From positions 88,912-152,911 of the forward strand of contig NZ_QUMT01000007.1 in the NCBI RefSeq assembly GCF_003387155.1: DNA of 64,000 nucleotides, in the 5' to 3' direction. The position numbers and the translations under genes were made by a program. The notes under the pieces were generated by a model. It saw nothing but the letters and a program-made list of their open reading frames with translations. It searched no databases and was not told the origin of the DNA. Source of the DNA: Roseateles depolymerans. GTDB lineage: Bacteria > Pseudomonadota > Gammaproteobacteria > Burkholderiales > Burkholderiaceae_C. Shown here piece after piece: positions 56,444-64,000 of this stretch (its first letter is position 1; each line of letters begins with the position of its first letter).

Positions 56444-57670
56444 TCATTCGAGAAACAGGCGGGCCAGTCCCTTGACGCTCACAAGGTTGCCGGGATTACT
56501 CGTCTCATTGAGCACCCCGCTCATGCGGTTGAGCAGGCGCGGGCTCTTGCGGGCGCGCCAGATCAGCAGGTCGGCCAGCCAGGGGAAGGCATTGACCCGG
56601 TTGCCGCGCTCATAGAGGTCGTACTTGGGCTGCAGCGAACGCAGGCCTTCCTCGTAGGCGGCGCGGACCGCGGCATCTTCCTGGCGATGGGCGAGGATGG
56701 CCTCCGCGGCCAGCAGGCCGGTTTCCATGGCCTTGCCGATGCCTTCGCCGGTGAAGGAATAGGTGGACCCGGCAGCCTCCCCCACCACCAGCAGGCCGGG
56801 GCGGGTCCAGCGGGCGCCCTTGAGGGTGCAGCGCAGCGGCGCGCCCTTGAGGTCGCCCACCAGCTGGCCTTCGGCCATCAGCCGCTTGGCCAGGGGGTGG
56901 TAGCCGATGAAGGCATCGAAGATGGCGCGCAGGTTGACGTCCTTCTTCTGGCCCTTGCCGGCGAGGTCGCGATGGCTGTCGGTGACGCCAACGCCGATGT
57001 TGAAGTGGCCGTCCGGCGCCGGGAAGATCCAGCCGTAACCGGGCTGCACCGGCTTGCACCACACCACTTCCAGGGCCTTGATCTCATCGACCAGGGACGG
57101 CGCATGCACATAGCCGCGCAGGGCCACGCCGCTGGGCGTGTGGCGCTCGCACATGCCAGCGGCGGTCAGGGCCTTGGGCACGGCGCCGGTGGCCAGCAGC
57201 ACCCAGTCGGCCTCGATCTCATGGGCCTGGCCGTCGATCAGGAAACGCGCGCCACGCACGCGGCCCTGGGCGTCTTCCAGCGGCGCCTCGAAGCGGGCGG
57301 GCGACAGGAAGCGCGCGCCGGCTTCCTGGGCGCCGAGGTTCAGGATTTCATCGAGCTGCTTGCGCGGCAGCACGGCCAGGTGACCCGGCACGTCGATGCT
57401 GCCCCCACGCGGGCCGACGCAGCGCACATGGCCGGAGCGCTGGGCCCGGGCCATGACCCGCTCCAGCAGGCCCAGGCGTTCCAGCGCCTTGTGGGCGTCC
57501 GGGATCAGGCCGTCGCCGCAGATCTTGTCGCGGCCCAGCGGGTGCTGGTCGGCCATGACCACATCCAGGCCGGCGCGGGCCAGCCAGCGGGCCGCGGCGG
57601 AGCCGGCCGGGCCGGCGCCGATGATGAGAACCTGGGTACGGGTGGGGAGTGCGGGGCGGGCGTCGATCAT
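56444..57670 (-). CDS. FAD-dependent oxidoreductase (geranylgeranyl reductase family)
   Basis: VLIIGAGPAGSAAARWLARAG dinucleotide-binding motif; GD(G/A) later. Confidence 0.75.
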   Translation of the reverse strand: MIDARPALPTRTQVLIIGAGPAGSAAARWLARAGLDVVMADQHPLGRDKICGDGLIPDAHKALERLGLLERVMARAQRSGHVRCVGPRGGSIDVPGHLAVLPRKQLDEILNLGAQEAGARFLSPARFEAPLEDAQGRVRGARFLIDGQAHEIEADWVLLATGAVPKALTAAGMCERHTPSGVALRGYVHAPSLVDEIKALEVVWCKPVQPGYGWIFPAPDGHFNIGVGVTDSHRDLAGKGQKKDVNLRAIFDAFIGYHPLAKRLMAEGQLVGDLKGAPLRCTLKGARWTRPGLLVVGEAAGSTYSFTGEGIGKAMETGLLAAEAILAHRQEDAAVRAAYEEGLRSLQPKYDLYERGNRVNAFPWLADLLIWRARKSPRLLNRMSGVLNETSNPGNLVSVKGLARLFLE

Positions 57671-57745
57671 GGGGTGATTCTCGCCGAGCCGGACACAAAA
57701 AAAGGGCCCCCGAAGGGGCCCCTTGTTCCATCTGCCGGTGAGGGC

Positions 57746-60358
57746 TTAGAACTCGTAGGAACCGCGGACGTAGAAGGTCCGGCCGGTCGGGTCGGTGAAG
57801 CGCGGGTCGTAACCAGCCTGGAACACGGCCTGCTGGAAGGACAGCGGCGGGTCGCGGTCGAACAGGTTGCGCACGCCAGCGGTCAGCGACAGGGTCTTGA
57901 CCGGCTTGTAGGTGCCGTACAGGTCCCAGGTGGTGTAGGACGCCACGATGTTGCTGTCGTCACCGTTGGGGTCATCGCGGTAGGACGACTTGTAGTGACC
58001 GGTCAGGCCGACCGAGTACTTGCTGGCGTAGCTCCACACGGCATTGACGTTGTGCTGCCAGCGGAACACCGGGCCGGCGCCGCTGTACTTGCCGACGTTC
58101 TGGATCCACGGACCGTTCTGGTACTCCTGGTACTCATACTTGGTCACGTAGGTGCTGTTCAGGCCGAACGTGAGCGTGCCAAAGCCAGTGCGAACGCGGT
58201 AGTTGCCGGTCAGGTCGAAACCGTTGGTGTTGTTGCCACCGAGGTTGCGCTGACGCACGTCCACATAGCCGCAGGTCGGGCCGGGGCAGACATTGGTGGC
58301 CTGCGACAGCTGGCCGTCGGCGTTGCGGTGGAAGTACTCGCTGAACTGCTGGTAGTTGGCCGGGTCGTACAGGGACGCCTCGCCGATCGTGCCGATCAGG
58401 TTCTTCACACGGATCCACCAGAAGTCCACGCCGAAGGACAGGTCCGTCGTCGGGGCGAACTGGAAGCCCAGGGTGCCGCTCTTGCTCTTTTCAGGCTTGA
58501 GCTCGGCATTGCCGCCGTTCATGGCGGTGAACTGGGTGTCGCAGTTGATGCCAGCACCCACGCCGCCCGGGCACAGCACCGGATCGCTCACCGTGCCGGT
58601 GTTGGTGAAGGTGTTGGCAGCGTGCAGCTCATACAGCGACGGCGCGCGGAAGCCGGTCGACAGCGAACCGCGGACCAGGATTTCCTTGTTCGGCTGGAAG
58701 CGGAAGCTGACCTTGGGGTTGGTCGTGTTGCCGAAGTCGTTGTACTTGTCGTAGCGGACGGCGGCAGTCACATCCAGCGTCTTGTGCAGGGGCACATTCA
58801 GCTCGGTGTAGACGGCATAGACCTTGCGGGTGCCCACCGAGTAGGTTTGGGGATCGACACCGGTGGAGTCGAACACCAGGGTGGCGTAGTCCTTGTTGGC
58901 TTTCTGGCTGAACTTTTCCTTGCGGAATTCCGTGCCCACCGCGATGCCGGCGGCACGACCAGCACCGAACCAGTCGCCCAGCTCACGGCTGGCGTGGGCG
59001 TCGAAGTTGTAGGTCTCGCCCTTGCCGTTCATCAGCGTGCCCAGCGCCGCAGCATTGCGGATGTACTGGATGGCGTCGTCCGACTGATTGCCGAACGGGT
59101 TGATGATGCCGTTGGTGACGCCCGCGGCGATCTTGCTGCCGTCGGCATAACCGCCGGTCAGCTTCTCGGAGACGCGGTTCTGGTTGTAGCTCAGGCCCGA
59201 CGAGTAGTCCCAGCCAGCGATCACGCCGTCCAGCGTCAGCAGGTAGCGTTGCTGCAGGTTGGTGTTCTTGTCCTCACGCGGACCGCTGACGGTGTCGCGC
59301 CACTTGACGGTCAGCGGCAGGGTGGGGTCCAGCGCGGGATTGGTCGGGAAGAACACGTTGCCCGGCTGCATCGACAGCGCGCCGTAGGGCGTCGGTGCCA
59401 GACGGGTCTCCACCACGCTGCGGGTGATGAAGTATTCGGCGCCGAGTTGATGGTCGGCGTTCAGCTTCAGCGTGCCCTTGAGCATGCCGGAGGAACGCTC
59501 GCTCTTGGGCACGTAGTCCACATACGACGAGGTCGTCATGCGGCAGAAGGTACCGGCCTTGATCAGGTTGGTGCCGTTGGTGCAGTCCGGAGCCGCCGGG
59601 TTGTAGACGGTCAGGCCGCTGCCTTGGTAGTAGTTGGCCGGGTCGGTGTTGGTCGACAGGCCGCCGGCATAACGCTGGTTGTAATTGCGCTGGTCGCCGG
59701 CGATGTTGTCCTGCTGCTGGTAGTCCACGAAACCGAAGACGTTGAAGCCTTGCTGGTCCAGGTCACCGTAGCCGTAGCCGATGTTGAAGTTGCCCGACTT
59801 GCCGCCCGCATGCTGGGGCGACTCGTAGCCGATGTTCACCGAGCCGCCGGTGTAGTCCTTCTTCGTGATGAAGTTGATCACGCCGCCGATGGCGTCGGTG
59901 CCGTACAGCGAGGAGGCGCCGTCACGCAGCACTTCGATGCGCTCGATGGCCGCCAGCGGGATCATGTTCAGGTCAGGGGCCGAACCGTCGAAGGCATTGT
60001 TGGCAATGCGGCGGCCGTTCAGCAGCACCAGGGTCTTGTTGGCGCCCACGCCGCGCATGTCCGCGAAGGACGCGCCGCCGGTGGACGAGCCCACCGACTG
60101 GCTGGTGCCCAGCGAAGCCTGGCTGGCCGTGAGCGTGCTCAGGATCTGTTCCACCGTCGTGAGGCCGGCCTCACGGATTTCGTTCATCTTGAACGTGGTC
60201 ACCGGGACGGAGCTCTCAGCGTCCAGACGCTTGATGGCGGTCCCCGTCACCACCACGCGCTCCAGCGTGGTCTGTTCTGCGTCCTGGGCCAGCGCCGGGA
60301 AGGCCGCAGCCGCAACAATGGTGGCCACTGCCAGGCTCACCGCACTCAGCTTGTGCAT
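57746..60358 (-). CDS. TonB-dependent outer-membrane receptor
   Basis: Signal peptide MHKLSAVSLAVATIVAAAAFPALAQ, TonB box/plug (TLERVVVTG), C-terminal ...RGSYEF. Confidence 0.85.
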   Translation of the reverse strand: MHKLSAVSLAVATIVAAAAFPALAQDAEQTTLERVVVTGTAIKRLDAESSVPVTTFKMNEIREAGLTTVEQILSTLTASQASLGTSQSVGSSTGGASFADMRGVGANKTLVLLNGRRIANNAFDGSAPDLNMIPLAAIERIEVLRDGASSLYGTDAIGGVINFITKKDYTGGSVNIGYESPQHAGGKSGNFNIGYGYGDLDQQGFNVFGFVDYQQQDNIAGDQRNYNQRYAGGLSTNTDPANYYQGSGLTVYNPAAPDCTNGTNLIKAGTFCRMTTSSYVDYVPKSERSSGMLKGTLKLNADHQLGAEYFITRSVVETRLAPTPYGALSMQPGNVFFPTNPALDPTLPLTVKWRDTVSGPREDKNTNLQQRYLLTLDGVIAGWDYSSGLSYNQNRVSEKLTGGYADGSKIAAGVTNGIINPFGNQSDDAIQYIRNAAALGTLMNGKGETYNFDAHASRELGDWFGAGRAAGIAVGTEFRKEKFSQKANKDYATLVFDSTGVDPQTYSVGTRKVYAVYTELNVPLHKTLDVTAAVRYDKYNDFGNTTNPKVSFRFQPNKEILVRGSLSTGFRAPSLYELHAANTFTNTGTVSDPVLCPGGVGAGINCDTQFTAMNGGNAELKPEKSKSGTLGFQFAPTTDLSFGVDFWWIRVKNLIGTIGEASLYDPANYQQFSEYFHRNADGQLSQATNVCPGPTCGYVDVRQRNLGGNNTNGFDLTGNYRVRTGFGTLTFGLNSTYVTKYEYQEYQNGPWIQNVGKYSGAGPVFRWQHNVNAVWSYASKYSVGLTGHYKSSYRDDPNGDDSNIVASYTTWDLYGTYKPVKTLSLTAGVRNLFDRDPPLSFQQAVFQAGYDPRFTDPTGRTFYVRGSYEF

Positions 60359-60414
60359 CTACAAACTCCAAAAATTTCAATGCCGTCACTGCAACTGCTC
60401 GTGAGCGACGGACG

Positions 60415-60446
60415 AAAAAAGCACACCCCGGGGGCGCCGGGGTGTG
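60415..60446 (-). promoter_or_regulatory. Leader hairpin plus U6 (terminator-like) 57 nt upstream of the first TonB-dependent receptor start
   Basis: Minus-strand RNA: cacaccccgg-cgccc-ccggggtgtg-cuuuuuu. Confidence 0.45.
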
Positions 60447-60682
60447 TGTCTGAGTTTGCAAGGTTTCACAAAGGGTTTGGCAGCGGGGTGCGGATGCCGC
60501 GCATCGCCGCTCATTTCGACCTCAAATTGACATGAAAGTCCGGGTAAACACTGAGATATCCGTGAATACCCGGTCGCAGCAACGCCACAGACACGCTGCT
60601 TTACATCGGCTTTACCGTGACAAGTTGGTCGGACATTCAAATGCCTTGCGCCCATAACTTCGTAAAAGACGAACCTCTTTGA

Positions 60683-60710
60683 AATAAAAACGGGAAGGTT
60701 TCCCTTCCCG
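60683..60710 (-). terminator. Rho-independent terminator of the upstream TonB-dependent receptor
   Basis: cgggaagg-tttc-ccttcccg followed on the minus strand by uuuuuauuu. Confidence 0.7.
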
Positions 60711-60775
60711 TTTCCCTTTCCGTAGAGGCTCGGAGCTCCGGCGGCCCGCCCAAGGGCGGGTGACGCCCGGCGCCG

Positions 60776-63454
60776 TTAGAACGAGTAGGTGGCGCGGGCG
60801 TAGAACGCGCGACCCGTCGGGTCGGTGTAGCGCGAATCCCAGCCACCGCCCTGGAACAGGTCTTCCTGGTTGGTGTAAGGCGGATCGCGGTCGAACAGGT
60901 TGCGCACGCCCAGGGTCAGGGACAGGTCCTTGCGGGCCTGCCAGGAGCCGAAGACATCCATGGTGGTGTAGTTGGCCACCTTGGCATTGGTGCTCGGATC
61001 GAAGTCCTTGTAGTGCGACTTGAAGTGCACCACGCCGCCCGCGCCGAAGTCCCCGTAGCGCCAGTTGGCGCTCAGGTTGTGCTGCCAGCGGAACACCGGG
61101 CCGGACTCCCCATAGGTGCCCACGGCCTGAACCCAGTAGCCGTCCTTGAAGTCCTGGAACTCATACTTGGCCACGTAGGTGCTGTTGAGCGCCAGGTCGA
61201 TGGTCGAGCCAGCGGCCTGGATGCGGTACTGGGCGCTCAGGTCCACGCCGTTGGTGCGCACCTTGCCCAGGTTCTGCAGGGTCTGGTCCACATAGCCGCA
61301 GTTCGGGCCCGGGCAGTTGCTGGACAGGGACAGCACATTGCCAGGGGCAAAGTGGAAGTACTGCTGGAGCTGCGGATAGGTGTCGTAGTTGCTGAACAGC
61401 GCGAACTGCGGAATCGAGCCGATCGAGTCCTTCAGGTGCACCCACCAGAAGTCCAGGCCGACGCTGGCGTTGTTGATGGGTTGGTAGACCACGCCCAGGG
61501 TGGCCGTCTTCGACTTCTCCGGGCTCAGCGCCTTGTTGCCGGAGTTCAGCACCTGGAACTGGGCCTTGCACTGGCTGCCGGTTTTGCCATCGGGGCACAG
61601 CAGCGGGTTGGCGTAGTTGCCGGCCGTGTTGGTGAAGGCCGGATTGCCATACAGCTCATACAGCGTCGGCGCGCGGAAGCCGGTGGAGGCCGAGCCGCGG
61701 AACAGCAGTTCCTTCATCGGCTGGAAGCGGAAGGACACCTTGGGATTGGTGCTGCTGCCAAAGTCGCTGTACTTGTCATAACGGACCGAGCCGGTGACAT
61801 CCAGGCTCTTGAGCACCGGCACGTTCAGTTCGCCATACACGGCGCTCACATTGCGCGAGCCTTCCGACAGCGAGTTCGGGTCCACACCGGTACTGGCCGA
61901 GACCTTGGCGGCGAAGTCGGTGTTGGCGGCCGAGTGGAATTTCTCGTGGCGGAATTCAACGCCCAGGGCCAGCGCGCTGTTGCGGCCGGTGTTGAGCCAG
62001 TCGCCCAGTTCACGGCTGGCGTGGGCATTGACGTTGTGCACGGTGCCGGTGGCGGACTCCAGCAGGCCGTTCAGGGCAGCCGCCTTGAGCAGCGCGGTAC
62101 CGGCGTTGTCCTGCGGGCCGAACGGGTTGATCACCCCTTCGAGCAGGCCTTCACCAATCATGTCGCCGTCGGCATAACCGCTCACCAGCGACTGGTCCAC
62201 CTTGTTGCGGTTATAGGAGTAGGCCACCGAGTAGTCCCAGCCCAGTCCATTGCCGTCCGCGGTCAGCAGCAGGCGGTTCTGGGTGTTCTTGTTTTCCTGG
62301 CCGCGCGAGCCGTTTTCGAAATCACGCCAGTAGACGTAGGTGTAGCCCGGCAGCACGTTCACCGGATTGGCGAACTGCGAAGTCGGATTGAACGCGGGAG
62401 CGCCCGCGGTGTTGGGGTCCGAGAAGTTGGGGTCCAGCGCCGGGTTGTTCGGGTAGTACTTGGTGCCGGGGTTGATCAGATAACCGCCGTAAGGCACGGG
62501 CGCGACGAAGGTCGTCACCTTGTTCTGGGTGACGAACAGCTCGGCGCCCAGGGTCAGGCTGTCGTTGACCAGCAGGCTGCCCTTGATCATGCCCGAGGCC
62601 GTCTCCGACTTCGGCGTGAAGTCCACGAAGGAGCTGGTGTTGAGCTTGCAGGCATCGCCCGACAGCAGCATCTGCGTGCCGGTGCAGGCCGTGCCGGTCG
62701 GGTTGTAGAAGGTCGCGTTGTCCTGCGTGTAGTTGGCCGGCGCCGTGCTGTAGGACAGGCCGCCCGGAATGCGTTGGTTGAACGGACGCTGGGTGCCGGT
62801 GATGGCATCCTGCTTGCGGTAGCTGGCAAAACCGAAGACGTTCCAGCCTTGCTTTTGCAGGTCGCCATAACCGAAACCGGCATTCACCGAACGCTGCTTG
62901 CCGCCCGGGTGCTGGGGGTCGTCGTAACCCAGCGTGATCGAGCCGCCCTGGTAGCTGTTCTTGGTGATGAAGTTGATCACGCCGCCGATGGCGTCAGTGC
63001 CGTACAGCGCCGAGGCGCCGTCCCGCAGCACTTCGATGCGCTCGATGGCGGCGAACGGGATCATGTTCAGGTCAGGGGCCGAGCCGTCCACCGCGTTGTT
63101 GGCGATGCGCTGGCCATTGAGCAGCACCAGCGTCTTGTCGGCGCCGATGCCGCGCATGTCGGCGAACGAAGCGCCGCCGCTGCTGCTGCCCACCGATTGG
63201 GTGGTGTTGGTGGACGACTGGACGGCCGTCAGGTTGGCCATCACCTGCTCGACGGAGGTGATGCCCGACTTTTTCAGGTCGTCCATCTTCACGACGGTCA
63301 CCGGGACAGCGGTTTCAGCGTCGATCCGCTTGATCGCCGAACCGGTCACGACGACCCGCTCCAGGGTCTGGTCCGCTTCCTGCGCAAAGGCCGGCAGGGT
63401 GGCGGCGGCAACGATGGTGGCCACAGCCAGGCTCACCGCATTCAGTTTGTGCAT
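60776..63454 (-). CDS. TonB-dependent outer-membrane receptor (paralog of the downstream one)
   Basis: Signal peptide MHKLNAVSLAVATIVAAATLPAFAQ, TLERVVVTG plug, C-terminal ...RATYSF. Confidence 0.85.
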   Translation of the reverse strand: MHKLNAVSLAVATIVAAATLPAFAQEADQTLERVVVTGSAIKRIDAETAVPVTVVKMDDLKKSGITSVEQVMANLTAVQSSTNTTQSVGSSSGGASFADMRGIGADKTLVLLNGQRIANNAVDGSAPDLNMIPFAAIERIEVLRDGASALYGTDAIGGVINFITKNSYQGGSITLGYDDPQHPGGKQRSVNAGFGYGDLQKQGWNVFGFASYRKQDAITGTQRPFNQRIPGGLSYSTAPANYTQDNATFYNPTGTACTGTQMLLSGDACKLNTSSFVDFTPKSETASGMIKGSLLVNDSLTLGAELFVTQNKVTTFVAPVPYGGYLINPGTKYYPNNPALDPNFSDPNTAGAPAFNPTSQFANPVNVLPGYTYVYWRDFENGSRGQENKNTQNRLLLTADGNGLGWDYSVAYSYNRNKVDQSLVSGYADGDMIGEGLLEGVINPFGPQDNAGTALLKAAALNGLLESATGTVHNVNAHASRELGDWLNTGRNSALALGVEFRHEKFHSAANTDFAAKVSASTGVDPNSLSEGSRNVSAVYGELNVPVLKSLDVTGSVRYDKYSDFGSSTNPKVSFRFQPMKELLFRGSASTGFRAPTLYELYGNPAFTNTAGNYANPLLCPDGKTGSQCKAQFQVLNSGNKALSPEKSKTATLGVVYQPINNASVGLDFWWVHLKDSIGSIPQFALFSNYDTYPQLQQYFHFAPGNVLSLSSNCPGPNCGYVDQTLQNLGKVRTNGVDLSAQYRIQAAGSTIDLALNSTYVAKYEFQDFKDGYWVQAVGTYGESGPVFRWQHNLSANWRYGDFGAGGVVHFKSHYKDFDPSTNAKVANYTTMDVFGSWQARKDLSLTLGVRNLFDRDPPYTNQEDLFQGGGWDSRYTDPTGRAFYARATYSF

Positions 63455-64000
63455 GTCTACACGCTCCTACAGAAATCAGTCGTCGGTCGCGTTCTTGGCG
63501 CTTCCAGACCGGAAATAAAAAGGCCCCGCGGGCAGGCGAGGCGTGTAGGAAGTTTGCAGAGAAATTCGAATAACGGGAGGGGTTCGTGCGCCAATCGCGC
63601 ATATCAATTCAGTTTCGACGCAATTGCCTTCGAAAAAAGGGTTTTCCCTGACCGGAATTCGATCAAACGGTCGTGCTAGCACCACATCCGGTGGCCTTTA
63701 CGCAGGAATTACAAGAGGCGTCTGTAGGGATTATCTGAATCTCGACACATCAAACTTGTCGCGGAATGGAAGCGGAAATGTTCGCTAACGGGATGAAATC
63801 GATGTCCCGTGTGTTTCTCCACCTTGATTTGCAATTCCGCAAATATCTGGAATTCAAGGAGAAACAATATAGAGCCTTGGTTTTCAATATCGAGGATTGA
63901 GGCGGTGACCCGTCCTGAACTACGTTGACAGTCCCGGACGGTTGTAAAGGTCGGCGTCAGCCAACCAACTGCGCCCGATGCACAGCATCGGGCGTTTGCA

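Noticed and set aside
60359-60775. Cobalamin, TPP or other riboswitch upstream of the TonB-dependent receptor
   Set aside because: I could not find a B12 box or other diagnostic riboswitch core by eye; only the hairpin-U6 is reported.

Overview
High-GC (roughly 68-70%) proteobacterial chromosome segment; gene content and order suggest a beta-proteobacterium, Burkholderiales-like. Most of the window is core metabolism and envelope biogenesis: maeB, the lptD-surA-rsmA cluster (no pdxA), metX-metW with a SAM-II-like leader, sppA, purB, pyrF, two glutathione S-transferases, and two tandem TonB-dependent receptors. There are six two-component pairs or hybrids. Accessory pockets stand out: (1) a barnase-family secreted RNase with an adjacent barstar-like inhibitor in a lower-GC pocket at 3.9-4.9 kb; (2) a convergent four-gene cluster at 19.5-26.1 kb (patatin-like phospholipase, ComEC-like MBL hydrolase, a REC-CHAT caspase-like protease, and a PAS/GAF HWE-like sensor kinase) with an intergenic pentanucleotide microsatellite; (3) a ~1000-aa lipoprotein at 30.7-33.7 kb that fuses a NodB polysaccharide deacetylase, a C14 caspase domain and TPR repeats. 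Several genes carry short in-frame tandem repeats. Many long ORFs in the six-frame track are antisense or N-extended artefacts typical of high-GC DNA and were not called. No rRNA, tRNA, CRISPR array or transposase was recognised.
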